Assembly: GCA_027858715.1 (NCBI GenBank)
Contig: JAQICD010000118.1
Span: forward strand, 7,730-71,729
DNA length: 64,000 bases
Source of the DNA: Prolixibacteraceae bacterium
GTDB lineage: Bacteria > Bacteroidota > Bacteroidia > Bacteroidales > Prolixibacteraceae
Reading direction: 5' to 3'
The first letter of the stretch is position 1. Each line of letters begins with the position of its first letter. The position numbers and the translations under genes are program-made. The notes beneath the pieces were generated by a model. That model did not search any database. It was not told the DNA's origin and saw only the letters and a program-made list of their open reading frames with translations. This document shows, in pieces, positions 40,456 through 50,219 of the stretch.

Positions 40456-42048
40456 TTATTTGAGCGGTCGCATTATTCTGAACCCCAGGTATGGGTTCAG
40501 TTCGAACTGGTTCAAATAATTACGGTTTGCAACCCTGCAATAAGTTGCATCACTGCTCCAACTACCCCCACGATTTACACGAGTGTTGACTTTATCGCTT
40601 ACAAGGCACATTGGGTCGGTGCTGTCTCCATTTCGCGCATAAAAATCACTGCGGTATTTGTCGTAACACCATTCCCAAACATTGCCACTCATGTCGTGCA
40701 GCCCCAGCTCATTAGGCTTTTGTAATCCGCCTTTCCAAACCATACCGCGCGAATTATCGACAAACCAACCCAATTCGCCCATATAATTTCCGCCTGCGTA
40801 TAAATAGTCGTATTCAAAATCTGATTTATCTCTGTTGGTTGGGTATTTTCGTGCATATTGTCCTCCACGTGCGGCGTATTCCCATTCAGCTTCACTCGGT
40901 AAACGCCCGCCCCCCATTTTGCAAAACATTTGTGCTCCAACCCACGAAACGTTAACAACAGGATGATCTTCCCAACCTTTTACTGGTGTAAAATCGCCTG
41001 TAAAGTTATTGCGTCTTGTTTTTGTTAAAGGGTGATAAAGATCGATTACTTTTATACCATCAATATTGCCTAAACTATCGCACTTCATATCGTTTAAAAA
41101 ATAACAAAATACCTCGTTGGTGATTTCGTATTTACCCAACAAAAAGCCAGTTATTCGAAGGTTTGTAGCTGGTCGTTCGTCATAATCGTAAAAATCACTT
41201 CCAATTTTAAATGTTCCGCCCTTTACGCGAACCATTTCCACAAAAACATCAATATCGTCGGGGTAAAAAATTCTAAAAACTACTTCATTTTCCCATAAAA
41301 TGATATCATCCCGGCTAATCGTATCGGAAAATTCATCACACATCACATCGAATGGCATTTGCGGAATAATTTTCGAAGAGTCGAAAACTTCAACATAAAC
41401 TGTATCGAGCAAAAGTTTTAAAGTTGAATCGACAAAAACGTTTTCCATATTATTGAAATATGGAATTGAGTCATAAATTTTCCAGGGAGCAAGCTCTGTT
41501 TGCATTTTCAATATTGAATCGGCCATAAACAGGTCACGGGTTGTGTCGCTCACAATTTCGTTGTAAGTATAAAAGCCTTCGTAAAAAACAGAATCGGAAT
41601 GTTGAGTGTGTGTGTCTGTGTGCGATTGCGATAACTGTGTGTTCGCATATAGGCTGTCGGCTAATAATAAGCGAATTGAGTCGGGAATCACCGGGAATAA
41701 AATATCAGCAAACTCATGCGAGTAAAGGTATTCGCGTGCAATAAGAAAGGTGTCAAAAGTTGGAGGTTTGGCATTGATAAGTTCAACCGGTACTATGAGT
41801 TCGGCATAATCGAAATAAAATTCTTCGGTAATTATAATGGTATCGCTGAAATAATACCTGGTATCACGCAAATTTGACCGGATAAGTACGGTTGAATCAA
41901 GCGAACTGGTCGCAGGTAAATTAACCTGCAAAATTTGTTTGCCGGTTTGATCAAAAACAGGTTCATAATAATTGGCTACTGTTTGCTCCTGCTGTTTGCA
42001 AAAGGTGAAAATTAAAATGATGAACAAAAAAACGAGTGCTTGTTTCAT
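40456..42048 (-). CDS. Lipoprotein with C-terminal FGE-sulfatase (SUMF1-like) domain
   Basis: Lipobox FTFC; HPVVNVSW, RLPSEAEWEYAARG, DMSGNVWEW, RGGSW, GFR. Confidence 0.85.
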   Translation of the reverse strand: MKQALVFLFIILIFTFCKQQEQTVANYYEPVFDQTGKQILQVNLPATSSLDSTVLIRSNLRDTRYYFSDTIIITEEFYFDYAELIVPVELINAKPPTFDTFLIAREYLYSHEFADILFPVIPDSIRLLLADSLYANTQLSQSHTDTHTQHSDSVFYEGFYTYNEIVSDTTRDLFMADSILKMQTELAPWKIYDSIPYFNNMENVFVDSTLKLLLDTVYVEVFDSSKIIPQMPFDVMCDEFSDTISRDDIILWENEVVFRIFYPDDIDVFVEMVRVKGGTFKIGSDFYDYDERPATNLRITGFLLGKYEITNEVFCYFLNDMKCDSLGNIDGIKVIDLYHPLTKTRRNNFTGDFTPVKGWEDHPVVNVSWVGAQMFCKMGGGRLPSEAEWEYAARGGQYARKYPTNRDKSDFEYDYLYAGGNYMGELGWFVDNSRGMVWKGGLQKPNELGLHDMSGNVWEWCYDKYRSDFYARNGDSTDPMCLVSDKVNTRVNRGGSWSSDATYCRVANRNYLNQFELNPYLGFRIMRPLK

Positions 42049-42145
42049 GATACCTTGTTTGTATTTTTAGATTTTGAATTGCATATGGCAAAGATATTAT
42101 TTGATGAACTTTTTTATCTTTGAAAACTGAAAAAAAGGAAAGATA

Positions 42146-42838
42146 ATGAGTAAACTACCACAAGTTGAAGGAAAGAGTATTGTTGAAAGCATAGCTCAAT
42201 TATGTGAGATGTATCCCGGAAATGTAGTTTTTACAACCAGTTTTGGTTTTGAAGATCAGGTTGTTACTGATATTATTTGCAGCAATAACCTGCCTGTTGA
42301 AATTGTAACGCTCGATACAGGTCGTTTGTTTGAAGAAACATATAAAGTTTTCAACCGTACTATTGAAAAATATAAAATAAATATAAAAACATACCATCCG
42401 TCGGGACAGGCTGTTGGCAAGCTTTTAGAAGAAAAAGGTCCATTTAGCTTTTACAAGTCGGTTGAGAATCGTAAGGGATGTTGTTTTATTCGTAAAGTTG
42501 AACCGTTAAAAAAAGCATTGTCGGGTAAAATCGTTTGGATAACCGGGTTACGGTCTGAACAAAGTGAAAACCGACAAACACTGGCTCCTATTGAATGGGA
42601 CAATGGATTTGAAATATTTAAATACAATCCGCTGCACGATTGGACACTTGACAAGGTAAAACAGCATATTAAAGATAATCATGTACCTTACAATGTCTTA
42701 CACGACAGGGGATTTGTAAGTATAGGCTGTGCACCATGTACACGAGCAATAAATCCGGGCGATGATTTCAGAGCAGGCCGCTGGTGGTGGGAAGACAATT
42801 CAAAAAAAGAATGTGGATTACACACCCAGGGAAAATAA
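42146..42838 (+). CDS. cysH: APS/PAPS reductase, Fe-S type
   Basis: LDTGRLF, CCFIRKVEPL, SIGCAPCT, KECGLH. Confidence 0.92.
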   Translation: MSKLPQVEGKSIVESIAQLCEMYPGNVVFTTSFGFEDQVVTDIICSNNLPVEIVTLDTGRLFEETYKVFNRTIEKYKINIKTYHPSGQAVGKLLEEKGPFSFYKSVENRKGCCFIRKVEPLKKALSGKIVWITGLRSEQSENRQTLAPIEWDNGFEIFKYNPLHDWTLDKVKQHIKDNHVPYNVLHDRGFVSIGCAPCTRAINPGDDFRAGRWWWEDNSKKECGLHTQGK

Positions 42839-42848
42839 AATTGACGAT

Positions 42849-43667
42849 ATGACACCAAAAATTGAAAAACTAAAAAATACAGACAACAGCCAGTTCTTTC
42901 TTATTGCAGGTCCTTGTGTTATCGAGGACGAGCAAATGGCTTTGGAAATTGCTGAGAAAATATGCAAGATTACTGAAAAGCTGAATATTCCTTATCTTTT
43001 TAAAGGCTCATACCGCAAAGCAAACCGCTCGCGTATCGATTCGTTCACTGGAATTGGCGATGAAAAAGCATTGAAAATTCTGGAGAAAGTACGCGAAACA
43101 TTTGATATTCCGGTTGTAACCGATATACATTCGGCCAGCGAAGCCGAGTTTGCTGCTGCATATGTTGACGTGCTCCAAATACCTGCTTTTCTTTGCCGGC
43201 AAACCGACCTTCTCGAAGCTGCTGCAAAAACAGGCAAGGTAGTAAACATTAAAAAAGGACAGTTTTTATCGCCCGAAGCAATGAAATTTGCTGTGGATAA
43301 AATACGCGACAATAACAACGATAATGTAATGATAACCGATCGCGGAACAACGTTTGGTTACAAAGACTTGATTGTAGATTATCGTGGTATTCCAGAGATG
43401 CAGAAAAACAATTGCCCGGTAATTCTTGATATTACACACTCGCTGCAACAACCCAACCAATTGGCCGGAGTAACCGGTGGCAGACCCGATTTAATCGAAA
43501 CCATTGCACGTGCCGGTATTGCGGTTGGTGCTGACGGTTTGTTTATTGAGACACATCCCAATCCGACTTTGGCAAAATCGGACGGAGCCAATATGCTAAA
43601 ACTCGATTTTTTAGAACAATTGTTGACCAAACTATCAATATTAAAACAAGCAGTAAATAATATGTAA
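42849..43667 (+). CDS. kdsA: KDO8P synthase
   Basis: IAGPCVIE, KANRS, QIPAFLCRQTDLL, KKGQF, DITHSLQQP. ATG at 42849. Confidence 0.95.
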   Translation: MTPKIEKLKNTDNSQFFLIAGPCVIEDEQMALEIAEKICKITEKLNIPYLFKGSYRKANRSRIDSFTGIGDEKALKILEKVRETFDIPVVTDIHSASEAEFAAAYVDVLQIPAFLCRQTDLLEAAAKTGKVVNIKKGQFLSPEAMKFAVDKIRDNNNDNVMITDRGTTFGYKDLIVDYRGIPEMQKNNCPVILDITHSLQQPNQLAGVTGGRPDLIETIARAGIAVGADGLFIETHPNPTLAKSDGANMLKLDFLEQLLTKLSILKQAVNNM

Positions 43668-43690
43668 TTAAGCACTAAAAACACTATAAT

Positions 43691-44281
43691 ATGTTCAGAA
43701 CCGAAGTAGTAGAATCTAAGAATTTGCGTAAAACTGTATTTTTCAAAATATACAATGGGATTTCAATTCTTTTGTTGATTTTGATAATAGTTATTATATC
43801 CAAAGTATTTCCCCCAGAATCGACAATTGGTAAGTTTATTGCCGAAAATTACACGTCTATAATTCAGCCAGTTGTAATGGGCGTTGCCTTTTTACTCATT
43901 ATCATGTCGGTTTATACCCGGAATTCATCAAAAAATCCCAAACGTATTGGTTCGCTCGAACTCGACACTAATGAAGCCCGCTTTCTTATAAACGATGAAT
44001 TACAAGAGACCATAAAAGTAGATGAAGTGGACTCGGTTGATTTTGAATTTTATTCTTTCAGAATGAGAGGCAATCCGATGGGATGCATGAACTATCTGAC
44101 ATTTAATATTGGTGAAAAATCAAAACAATTCGAAATAGTAATTGCCAATACTATGGTAAAAGCCGAATTGGGCGAAGTACTAAACAGCATCAATAAGAAA
44201 GTTCCGGTAAATGTAAAGTACGCTTATTTCTTAAAGAAAATTTTTAAAGATTCAGATTTCAAATTTGAATCAAAACAATAA
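43691..44281 (+). CDS. Hypothetical membrane protein (2 TM plus soluble domain)
   Basis: Clean 196-aa ORF in an apparent operon with kdsA; two hydrophobic segments. Confidence 0.7.
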   Translation: MFRTEVVESKNLRKTVFFKIYNGISILLLILIIVIISKVFPPESTIGKFIAENYTSIIQPVVMGVAFLLIIMSVYTRNSSKNPKRIGSLELDTNEARFLINDELQETIKVDEVDSVDFEFYSFRMRGNPMGCMNYLTFNIGEKSKQFEIVIANTMVKAELGEVLNSINKKVPVNVKYAYFLKKIFKDSDFKFESKQ

Positions 44282-44282
44282 G

Positions 44283-46700
44283 CTAAAACCTAGCTGATAT
44301 TCTCAAATCAAAAGTTATACCTGTAAGATAATTGGGAATAGCATAATATCGTTCCATGAAGTCAGGAATAAAAATGTAAGAAGAAGTATTTTTGAAATCG
44401 AGCAAATTGAAAATATTCAGGCTGATATCAAAAGCTTCGAAACGATTAAAAAACTTAGCATCCGATAAATTTTTTCCGTTGGTAACAATTGAGCGCATAA
44501 AACCTATATCAACTCTTCGGTACGGTTGCATACGGTTGATTTGAGTATAACGCTCGCTACGGGGCATACCAAAAGGCGAACCGGTTATTAAATGACCAGT
44601 CATGTGCATTTGATATTCGGGCAAGCCCGGCAGGTAATCCTGAAAATACAAGCTGAATTTAAAACGCTGGTCGGTTGGACGTGGAATATAACCATGGCCG
44701 TCGCCTTCAATATCTTCTGCCGATTTCATTAGAGACATGCTTAACCACGACTGTGTTCCGCTAACAAATTCACCGTTAATTTTTAAATCGGCACCGTAGG
44801 TGTAACCATGTGAAATTTTATCGGATAAATAACGTAAACGCACATTTTCTATCTGGTACGGAATTAGATTTTTAAGACTTTTATAATAAGTTTCGAAAGT
44901 TAATCTGAAAGGCCTGTCCCACCCCATGAACGAATAATCGAAACCGGCAACCGTATGAAACGATTTAGGTGTTTGGATATCGGGGTTTATCTGTCCGTAC
45001 AGGTTTTTTAGCTCACGGTAAAAAGGGGGCTGATGATACCAGCCGACCGAAAGTCTCCCTATAATTTCTCGTTTAACACCAGTTAGCAAAGATGCCGAAA
45101 AACGCGGGCTAACTGTTAAATGGTCGGTATATGTCCAGTAATTTGCTCTTACTCCTCCGGTAAAATTCAAATCACCAATAGATGTCGGATAGGTATATGA
45201 ATCCTGAATGTAAGCTGTATAACGTTGTTCGGCAAGTTCAAAATAATTTTTGGCAGAATAATAAAGATAAACGTTTTCAGGGGAGTAAGGCAGCGAATAA
45301 CCGGCTGAATCGCGGTGTTCCCACTCATTCATTTTATCTTTTACAAATTCACTTTTTACTTTAATACCCCATTGCAGATAATTATTCTCAAAGTTTATTC
45401 CACCCTTGTGGGTGAAACTCAATACCCTTGCATCGAAATAATTACGACCGAATTCGTGGTATGAGCCAATACCTATTACCATAGATGAATCGTCTATTCC
45501 ATTTTTGCCATTATCCAGTACCTGGTTTAGCAAATAGTATCCTTTAATGTCATAAGTTTCTTGTTCGTTGGTAACAAACGACGAAGCAATAAACTTTAGA
45601 AATGCATTTTGAGTGGGATTAATGTCGAGCGATAAGGCACCGGTTAAAGTTCGGTAGCGGTCAATTTCCTGCCCTTCAAATGCAACTGATAATTTTTTTT
45701 GGTTGTTCCATGGACCAGTTACAGTTTCGCGGCTCCGGGGAATAAATTGATAACGATTAAATGAAGTGGTAGCCAGAAATCCAAGTTCAATTTTCGGACT
45801 AAACCGATAGGTAAAATATCCCTGGTAATCGACAAATGCAGGGTTGTAGTACCCCTTTTCCTGGAGCGATCCGAGCAGGTACCTGAATGTTTTATACCTT
45901 AGCCCCATGTTGTAAGTGAATTTATTGTTTTTGCTTTTGTTTTGAACGTGTGCTTTAGCGCCAAGCAAACTGGCAGATACAGAGGCCGAAAATGAATTGG
46001 GACGACGATATCGGATATCTAGAACCGAAGACATTTTGTCGCCATATTTTGCATCAAAACCTCCGGACGAAAAGTTGATCGAAGAAACCATATCGGTGTT
46101 TACAAAGCTCAGTCCTTCCTGTTGTCCAGCACGTACAAGATACGGACGGTAAATTTCAATATCGTTAACATAAACCATATTTTCATCAAAACTTCCACCC
46201 CTAACAGAATACTGATTGCTCAACTCGTTGTTTGAGGTAACTCCGGGCAATGTTTTTAAAATATCTTCAACAGTTCCGATACCAACACCGGGTAAATTAT
46301 CAATTGCCCTTGTATCAATTTCTACCATGTTACCTGAGCGTTGTTTCGAACGTGTAACCAGAATTTCATCTATGGACTGGTTCTTTAATATTAACTGAAC
46401 ACTTCCCTCTCTTAACTCATTGGAAGTTAATTCAAACGTTCGTTTTTCAATTTCATAGCCAAGCAACGAATAAGCCACTTCGATTTTCCGTCCGCTTGGT
46501 ATTCGCAATAAGTATTCACCCTTCCGATCGGTTGTAGTTCCAAACTGGTAATCCATTAATGATACATTTACCATTTCGAGCGGAATACCATTTTCGTCAG
46601 TTACCGCTCCGAATAATGTACCGTTGCTGGTTTGACCGTTAACCGTTAAGTTTAAAAAAAGCAACAAATATGTTGTTATAATAATTAAGGCTTTGTACAT
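44283..46700 (-). CDS. TonB-dependent receptor with N-terminal carboxypeptidase-regulatory-like domain
   Basis: LKTLPGV, YSVRGGSFDEN, GGFDAKYGDKMSSVLDI, C-terminal RF. Confidence 0.88.
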   Translation of the reverse strand: MYKALIIITTYLLLFLNLTVNGQTSNGTLFGAVTDENGIPLEMVNVSLMDYQFGTTTDRKGEYLLRIPSGRKIEVAYSLLGYEIEKRTFELTSNELREGSVQLILKNQSIDEILVTRSKQRSGNMVEIDTRAIDNLPGVGIGTVEDILKTLPGVTSNNELSNQYSVRGGSFDENMVYVNDIEIYRPYLVRAGQQEGLSFVNTDMVSSINFSSGGFDAKYGDKMSSVLDIRYRRPNSFSASVSASLLGAKAHVQNKSKNNKFTYNMGLRYKTFRYLLGSLQEKGYYNPAFVDYQGYFTYRFSPKIELGFLATTSFNRYQFIPRSRETVTGPWNNQKKLSVAFEGQEIDRYRTLTGALSLDINPTQNAFLKFIASSFVTNEQETYDIKGYYLLNQVLDNGKNGIDDSSMVIGIGSYHEFGRNYFDARVLSFTHKGGINFENNYLQWGIKVKSEFVKDKMNEWEHRDSAGYSLPYSPENVYLYYSAKNYFELAEQRYTAYIQDSYTYPTSIGDLNFTGGVRANYWTYTDHLTVSPRFSASLLTGVKREIIGRLSVGWYHQPPFYRELKNLYGQINPDIQTPKSFHTVAGFDYSFMGWDRPFRLTFETYYKSLKNLIPYQIENVRLRYLSDKISHGYTYGADLKINGEFVSGTQSWLSMSLMKSAEDIEGDGHGYIPRPTDQRFKFSLYFQDYLPGLPEYQMHMTGHLITGSPFGMPRSERYTQINRMQPYRRVDIGFMRSIVTNGKNLSDAKFFNRFEAFDISLNIFNLLDFKNTSSYIFIPDFMERYYAIPNYLTGITFDLRISARF

Positions 46701-46798
46701 GGAGTGCAAAAATAATATTTCAGTGAATAATTAACGGTTTATAAGAACTATAATTGTTTTGAAGTGATTTATATTTGTAGCGAAATTTTTATATCGAA

Positions 46799-47437
46799 AT
46801 GACTGAATTATTTTTTAAAGGACTTCTTGTGGGTTTAATTGCATCGTCGCCGTTTGGTGCAATGGCTGTTTTGGTAATCCAACGAACAGCTAACCGCGAC
46901 CTCAAATCGGGTTTTTATACGGGTTTAGGTATTGCAATTACCGATACAATATGGGCGCTTATAGCCGGATTTAGTGTGTCGTTTGTTATTGATTTCTTAC
47001 GCGAGAATCAGATAATTATTCAAATTATTGGTGGAATAGTTTTGCTAACTTTGGGCTTACATATATTCAGGTCGCACCCATTAAAAGCCATAAAACGATT
47101 TAAGCAAAAAGGTTCAACATCATTGCAATGTATGTTTTCGTCAATGCTGATTGCATTTTCAAATCCACTGGTTGTGTTGGCTTATATTGCTGTGTTTGCA
47201 GGTATTAATGTGATATTTAACATACATCATTTATGGTCACCAACTGTTTTTTCACTGGGTTTTTTCATTGGAGCCACAGTCTGGTGGTTTATTTTAACTA
47301 ATCTGATTAATTATTTCAGGCATCATTTTAACTTACGAATCCTGTGGTGGTTTAATAAGATATCAGGTGTAGCAATTATACTTTTTGTTGTAGTAAGTAC
47401 AATCATTGTTTTAATAAAAGGTAGTCCGAGTATTTAA
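46799..47437 (+). CDS. LysE family translocator
   Basis: GLIASSPFGAMAVLVIQRT, GLGIAITD, SNP, NKISG. Confidence 0.85.
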   Translation: MTELFFKGLLVGLIASSPFGAMAVLVIQRTANRDLKSGFYTGLGIAITDTIWALIAGFSVSFVIDFLRENQIIIQIIGGIVLLTLGLHIFRSHPLKAIKRFKQKGSTSLQCMFSSMLIAFSNPLVVLAYIAVFAGINVIFNIHHLWSPTVFSLGFFIGATVWWFILTNLINYFRHHFNLRILWWFNKISGVAIILFVVVSTIIVLIKGSPSI

Positions 47438-47460
47438 TTTTTATAATTTTACGAGGTTAA

Positions 47461-47533
47461 GCCTTTTTAGCTCAGTTGGCAGAGCAGCTCATTCGTAATG
47501 AGCAGGTCGCGGGTTCGAGTCCCGTGAAAGGCT
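47461..47533 (+). tRNA. tRNA-Thr (anticodon CGT)
   Basis: Cloverleaf; anticodon arm GCTCA-TTCGTAA-TGAGC; GGTTCGAGTCC T-arm; no encoded CCA. Confidence 0.95.
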
Positions 47534-47541
47534 CTAAAAAA

Positions 47542-47613
47542 GCGGGAGTAGCTCAGGGGTAGAGCATCAGCTTCCCAAGCTGAGGGTCGCGGGTTCGAAT
47601 CCCGTTTCCCGCT
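47542..47613 (+). tRNA. tRNA-Gly (anticodon CCC)
   Basis: GCGGGAG/TTCCCGC acceptor stem; TCAGC-TTCCCAA-GCTGA anticodon arm; GGTTCGAATCC. Confidence 0.95.
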
Positions 47614-47718
47614 CTTTTATTTGAAACATTCCAATTTTGACCTTCCTTTTTGTTTGATCAACCTGTTGATTTTGCTACTTTTGTCAACCGTTTTTATGAC
47701 TTACAAAATTTTTATAAA

Positions 47719-50175
47719 ATGAACATAGCTTATTCCTGGTTAAAAGAGTATATCGAAATTGATCTCACTCCACAAGAGGTGGGTAACATATTAACCCAAA
47801 CAGGTTTGGAAGTTGGTAGTATCGATGAAGTTGAAACGATTAAGGGTGGTCTTAAAGGGTTGGTTATCGGCGAAGTAAAAACTTGTACTCCCCACCCTAA
47901 CTCTGACCATTTAAGCAAAACCACCGTAGATGTTGGTGCCGACAATTTGTTGGATATAGTATGTGGCGCGCCCAATGTTGCAGCCGGGCAAAAAGTAGTG
48001 GTCGCAACCGTAGGAACTACTTTATACGACGGTGATAATGCCTTTAAGATTAAAAAATCAAAAATACGCGGTGAAGTGTCTGAAGGGATGATTTGTGCCG
48101 AAGATGAGATTGGGTTGAGCCAAAATCATGATGGTATTATGGTTCTTGACAAATCAGCAAAAATTGGAACCCAGGCAGCTCAATATTTTAATGTCGAAAG
48201 CGATTATATAATTGAGGTTGACCTTACGCCCAATCGCATCGACGGTGCCTCGCACATTGGCGTAGCACGCGACTTGGCTGCTTTTTTGAAACAAAATCGC
48301 GATATTTCATACCAAAAGCCATCGGTCGATAGCTTTAAAGCCGATAATACTAATCTGCCAATTGATGTTGAAATAGGAACACCCGAAGCTTGTCATCGCT
48401 ATGCTGGTGTTACTATATCGGGCATCGAGGTTAAAGAGTCGCCCGAGTGGCTTCAGAATCGTTTGCGCTCCATTGGTTTAACGCCCATCAACAACGTGGT
48501 TGACGTAACCAATTTCGTGCTGTTCGAAACCGGACAGCCGCTGCATGCTTTTGATGCTAGTCACCTGAAAAACAATAAAATAATTGTACGAACTCTTCCG
48601 GGGGGAACTAAATTTACGACCCTCGACGAAGCAGAACGCGAGCTGCATGCCGACGATTTAATGATATGCAACGGCGAAATCACTCCTATGTGTATTGGTG
48701 GTGTTTTTGGAGGTGTCGATTCGGGAGTGAAAGAAACTACCCAAAATGTTTTCATCGAGAGCGCATGGTTCGATCCGGTTTATATTCGTAAAACAGCACG
48801 CCGTCATGGACTAAATACCGATGCCAGTTTCAGGTTTGAACGCGGAACTGATCCCGATGGCGTAATTTATGCAATAAAACGTGCAGCCTTACTCATTAAA
48901 GAAGTAGCTGGTGGCGTAATTTCATCTGAAATTATAGATGTATATCCAAACCCGGCTAAACCTTTCGATGTAGAAATATCATTGGCTAATGTAAAACGAC
49001 TTATTGGCATTGAAATACCTGTCAACACTATAAAAAATATTCTGAAAGCACTTGAAATAGAGGTTGTAAAATCGACAAACGACACTATTTTGGTTACAGT
49101 ACCTCCCTATCGGGTTGATGTACAGCGCGAAGCTGACGTTATTGAAGAAATTCTCAGAATTTATGGTTACAATAATGTAAAACCCGAAAGCCATGTAAAT
49201 TCTACCATTCAATATTCGCCAAAACCGAACCCCGAAAAAATTAAAAACCTGGTTTCTGATTTTCTTGCATCGAATGGTTTTAATGAAATATGGTCGAATT
49301 CGCTTACACGAGCTTCATACTACGAGAATGGCGAAACTTTTAAGGCAGAAAATACCGTTTCTATTTTCAACCCTTTAAGTCAGGATTTAAATTCGATGCG
49401 TCAAACTTTATTGTTCGACGGACTTGAAGCCATAAGTCGCAACGTGAAATTTCAAAATCACGATTTGCGGATGTTTGAATTTGGCAACACCTATTTCAAA
49501 AACGAAGGAAAAAACTTAGAAAAACCGCTTGATAAATACAGCGAAGAATTTCATCTTGGCTTGTTTGTTACCGGTAACAAAAATGATGGAAACTGGACAA
49601 CGCCTGCTCAGCCATCAACTTTCTTTAATTTGAAATCGTATGTCGAAAATATTCTTGCAAAACTTGGCTTTAACATCGAAAAACTAAAAATTGAATCTGT
49701 TTCAAACGACATTATCAGCGAAGGCTTAATTTATAAGCGTGGTGATGGAAAAAAGTTCGTTGAATTTGGTTTTGTGAATGATAAACTGTTAAAAGATGCT
49801 GAAATTGACAACAATGTGTTTTTTGCCGATTTCAACTGGGATTTTGTGATGCAGCAAATTGCAAACCATAAAATTAGCTATACCGAATTACCAAAATTTC
49901 CATCTGTGCGTCGCGACCTTGCTTTGCTTATCGATCAGGATATTACTTTTTCAATCCTAAAAGAAATAGCACAAAAAACAGAGCGCAAATTGTTGCGTTC
50001 GGTCGATATTTTTGATGTTTACAAAGGTGATAAACTGCCGGCAGGAAAAAAATCGTATGCATTAAGCTTCGTTTTACGTGATGATGAGAAAACATTGAAT
50101 GATAAAATTATTGACAAAACCATGCAGCGTTTGATTGTATCATACGAAAAACAAGTTGGGGCACAGCTTCGTTAA
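47719..50175 (+). CDS. pheT: Phenylalanine-tRNA ligase beta subunit
   Basis: CGAPNV, DLTPNRID, GQPLHAFD, RFERG, FDX-ACB C-terminal domain. ATG at 47719. Confidence 0.96.
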   Translation: MNIAYSWLKEYIEIDLTPQEVGNILTQTGLEVGSIDEVETIKGGLKGLVIGEVKTCTPHPNSDHLSKTTVDVGADNLLDIVCGAPNVAAGQKVVVATVGTTLYDGDNAFKIKKSKIRGEVSEGMICAEDEIGLSQNHDGIMVLDKSAKIGTQAAQYFNVESDYIIEVDLTPNRIDGASHIGVARDLAAFLKQNRDISYQKPSVDSFKADNTNLPIDVEIGTPEACHRYAGVTISGIEVKESPEWLQNRLRSIGLTPINNVVDVTNFVLFETGQPLHAFDASHLKNNKIIVRTLPGGTKFTTLDEAERELHADDLMICNGEITPMCIGGVFGGVDSGVKETTQNVFIESAWFDPVYIRKTARRHGLNTDASFRFERGTDPDGVIYAIKRAALLIKEVAGGVISSEIIDVYPNPAKPFDVEISLANVKRLIGIEIPVNTIKNILKALEIEVVKSTNDTILVTVPPYRVDVQREADVIEEILRIYGYNNVKPESHVNSTIQYSPKPNPEKIKNLVSDFLASNGFNEIWSNSLTRASYYENGETFKAENTVSIFNPLSQDLNSMRQTLLFDGLEAISRNVKFQNHDLRMFEFGNTYFKNEGKNLEKPLDKYSEEFHLGLFVTGNKNDGNWTTPAQPSTFFNLKSYVENILAKLGFNIEKLKIESVSNDIISEGLIYKRGDGKKFVEFGFVNDKLLKDAEIDNNVFFADFNWDFVMQQIANHKISYTELPKFPSVRRDLALLIDQDITFSILKEIAQKTERKLLRSVDIFDVYKGDKLPAGKKSYALSFVLRDDEKTLNDKIIDKTMQRLIVSYEKQVGAQLR

Positions 50176-50219
50176 ATAAGTATAGTAAGCAATTGAATTA
50201 TTTTCTTCAAAATAAAGTT

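Noticed and set aside
43292-43300. Perfect DnaA box TGTGGATAA
   Set aside because: Single copy inside the kdsA coding sequence, with no cluster or AT-rich unwinding element nearby.
47440-47720. tRNA pair as an integration site for a genomic island
   Set aside because: No integrase and no duplicated tRNA 3' end noticed; flanks are housekeeping genes.
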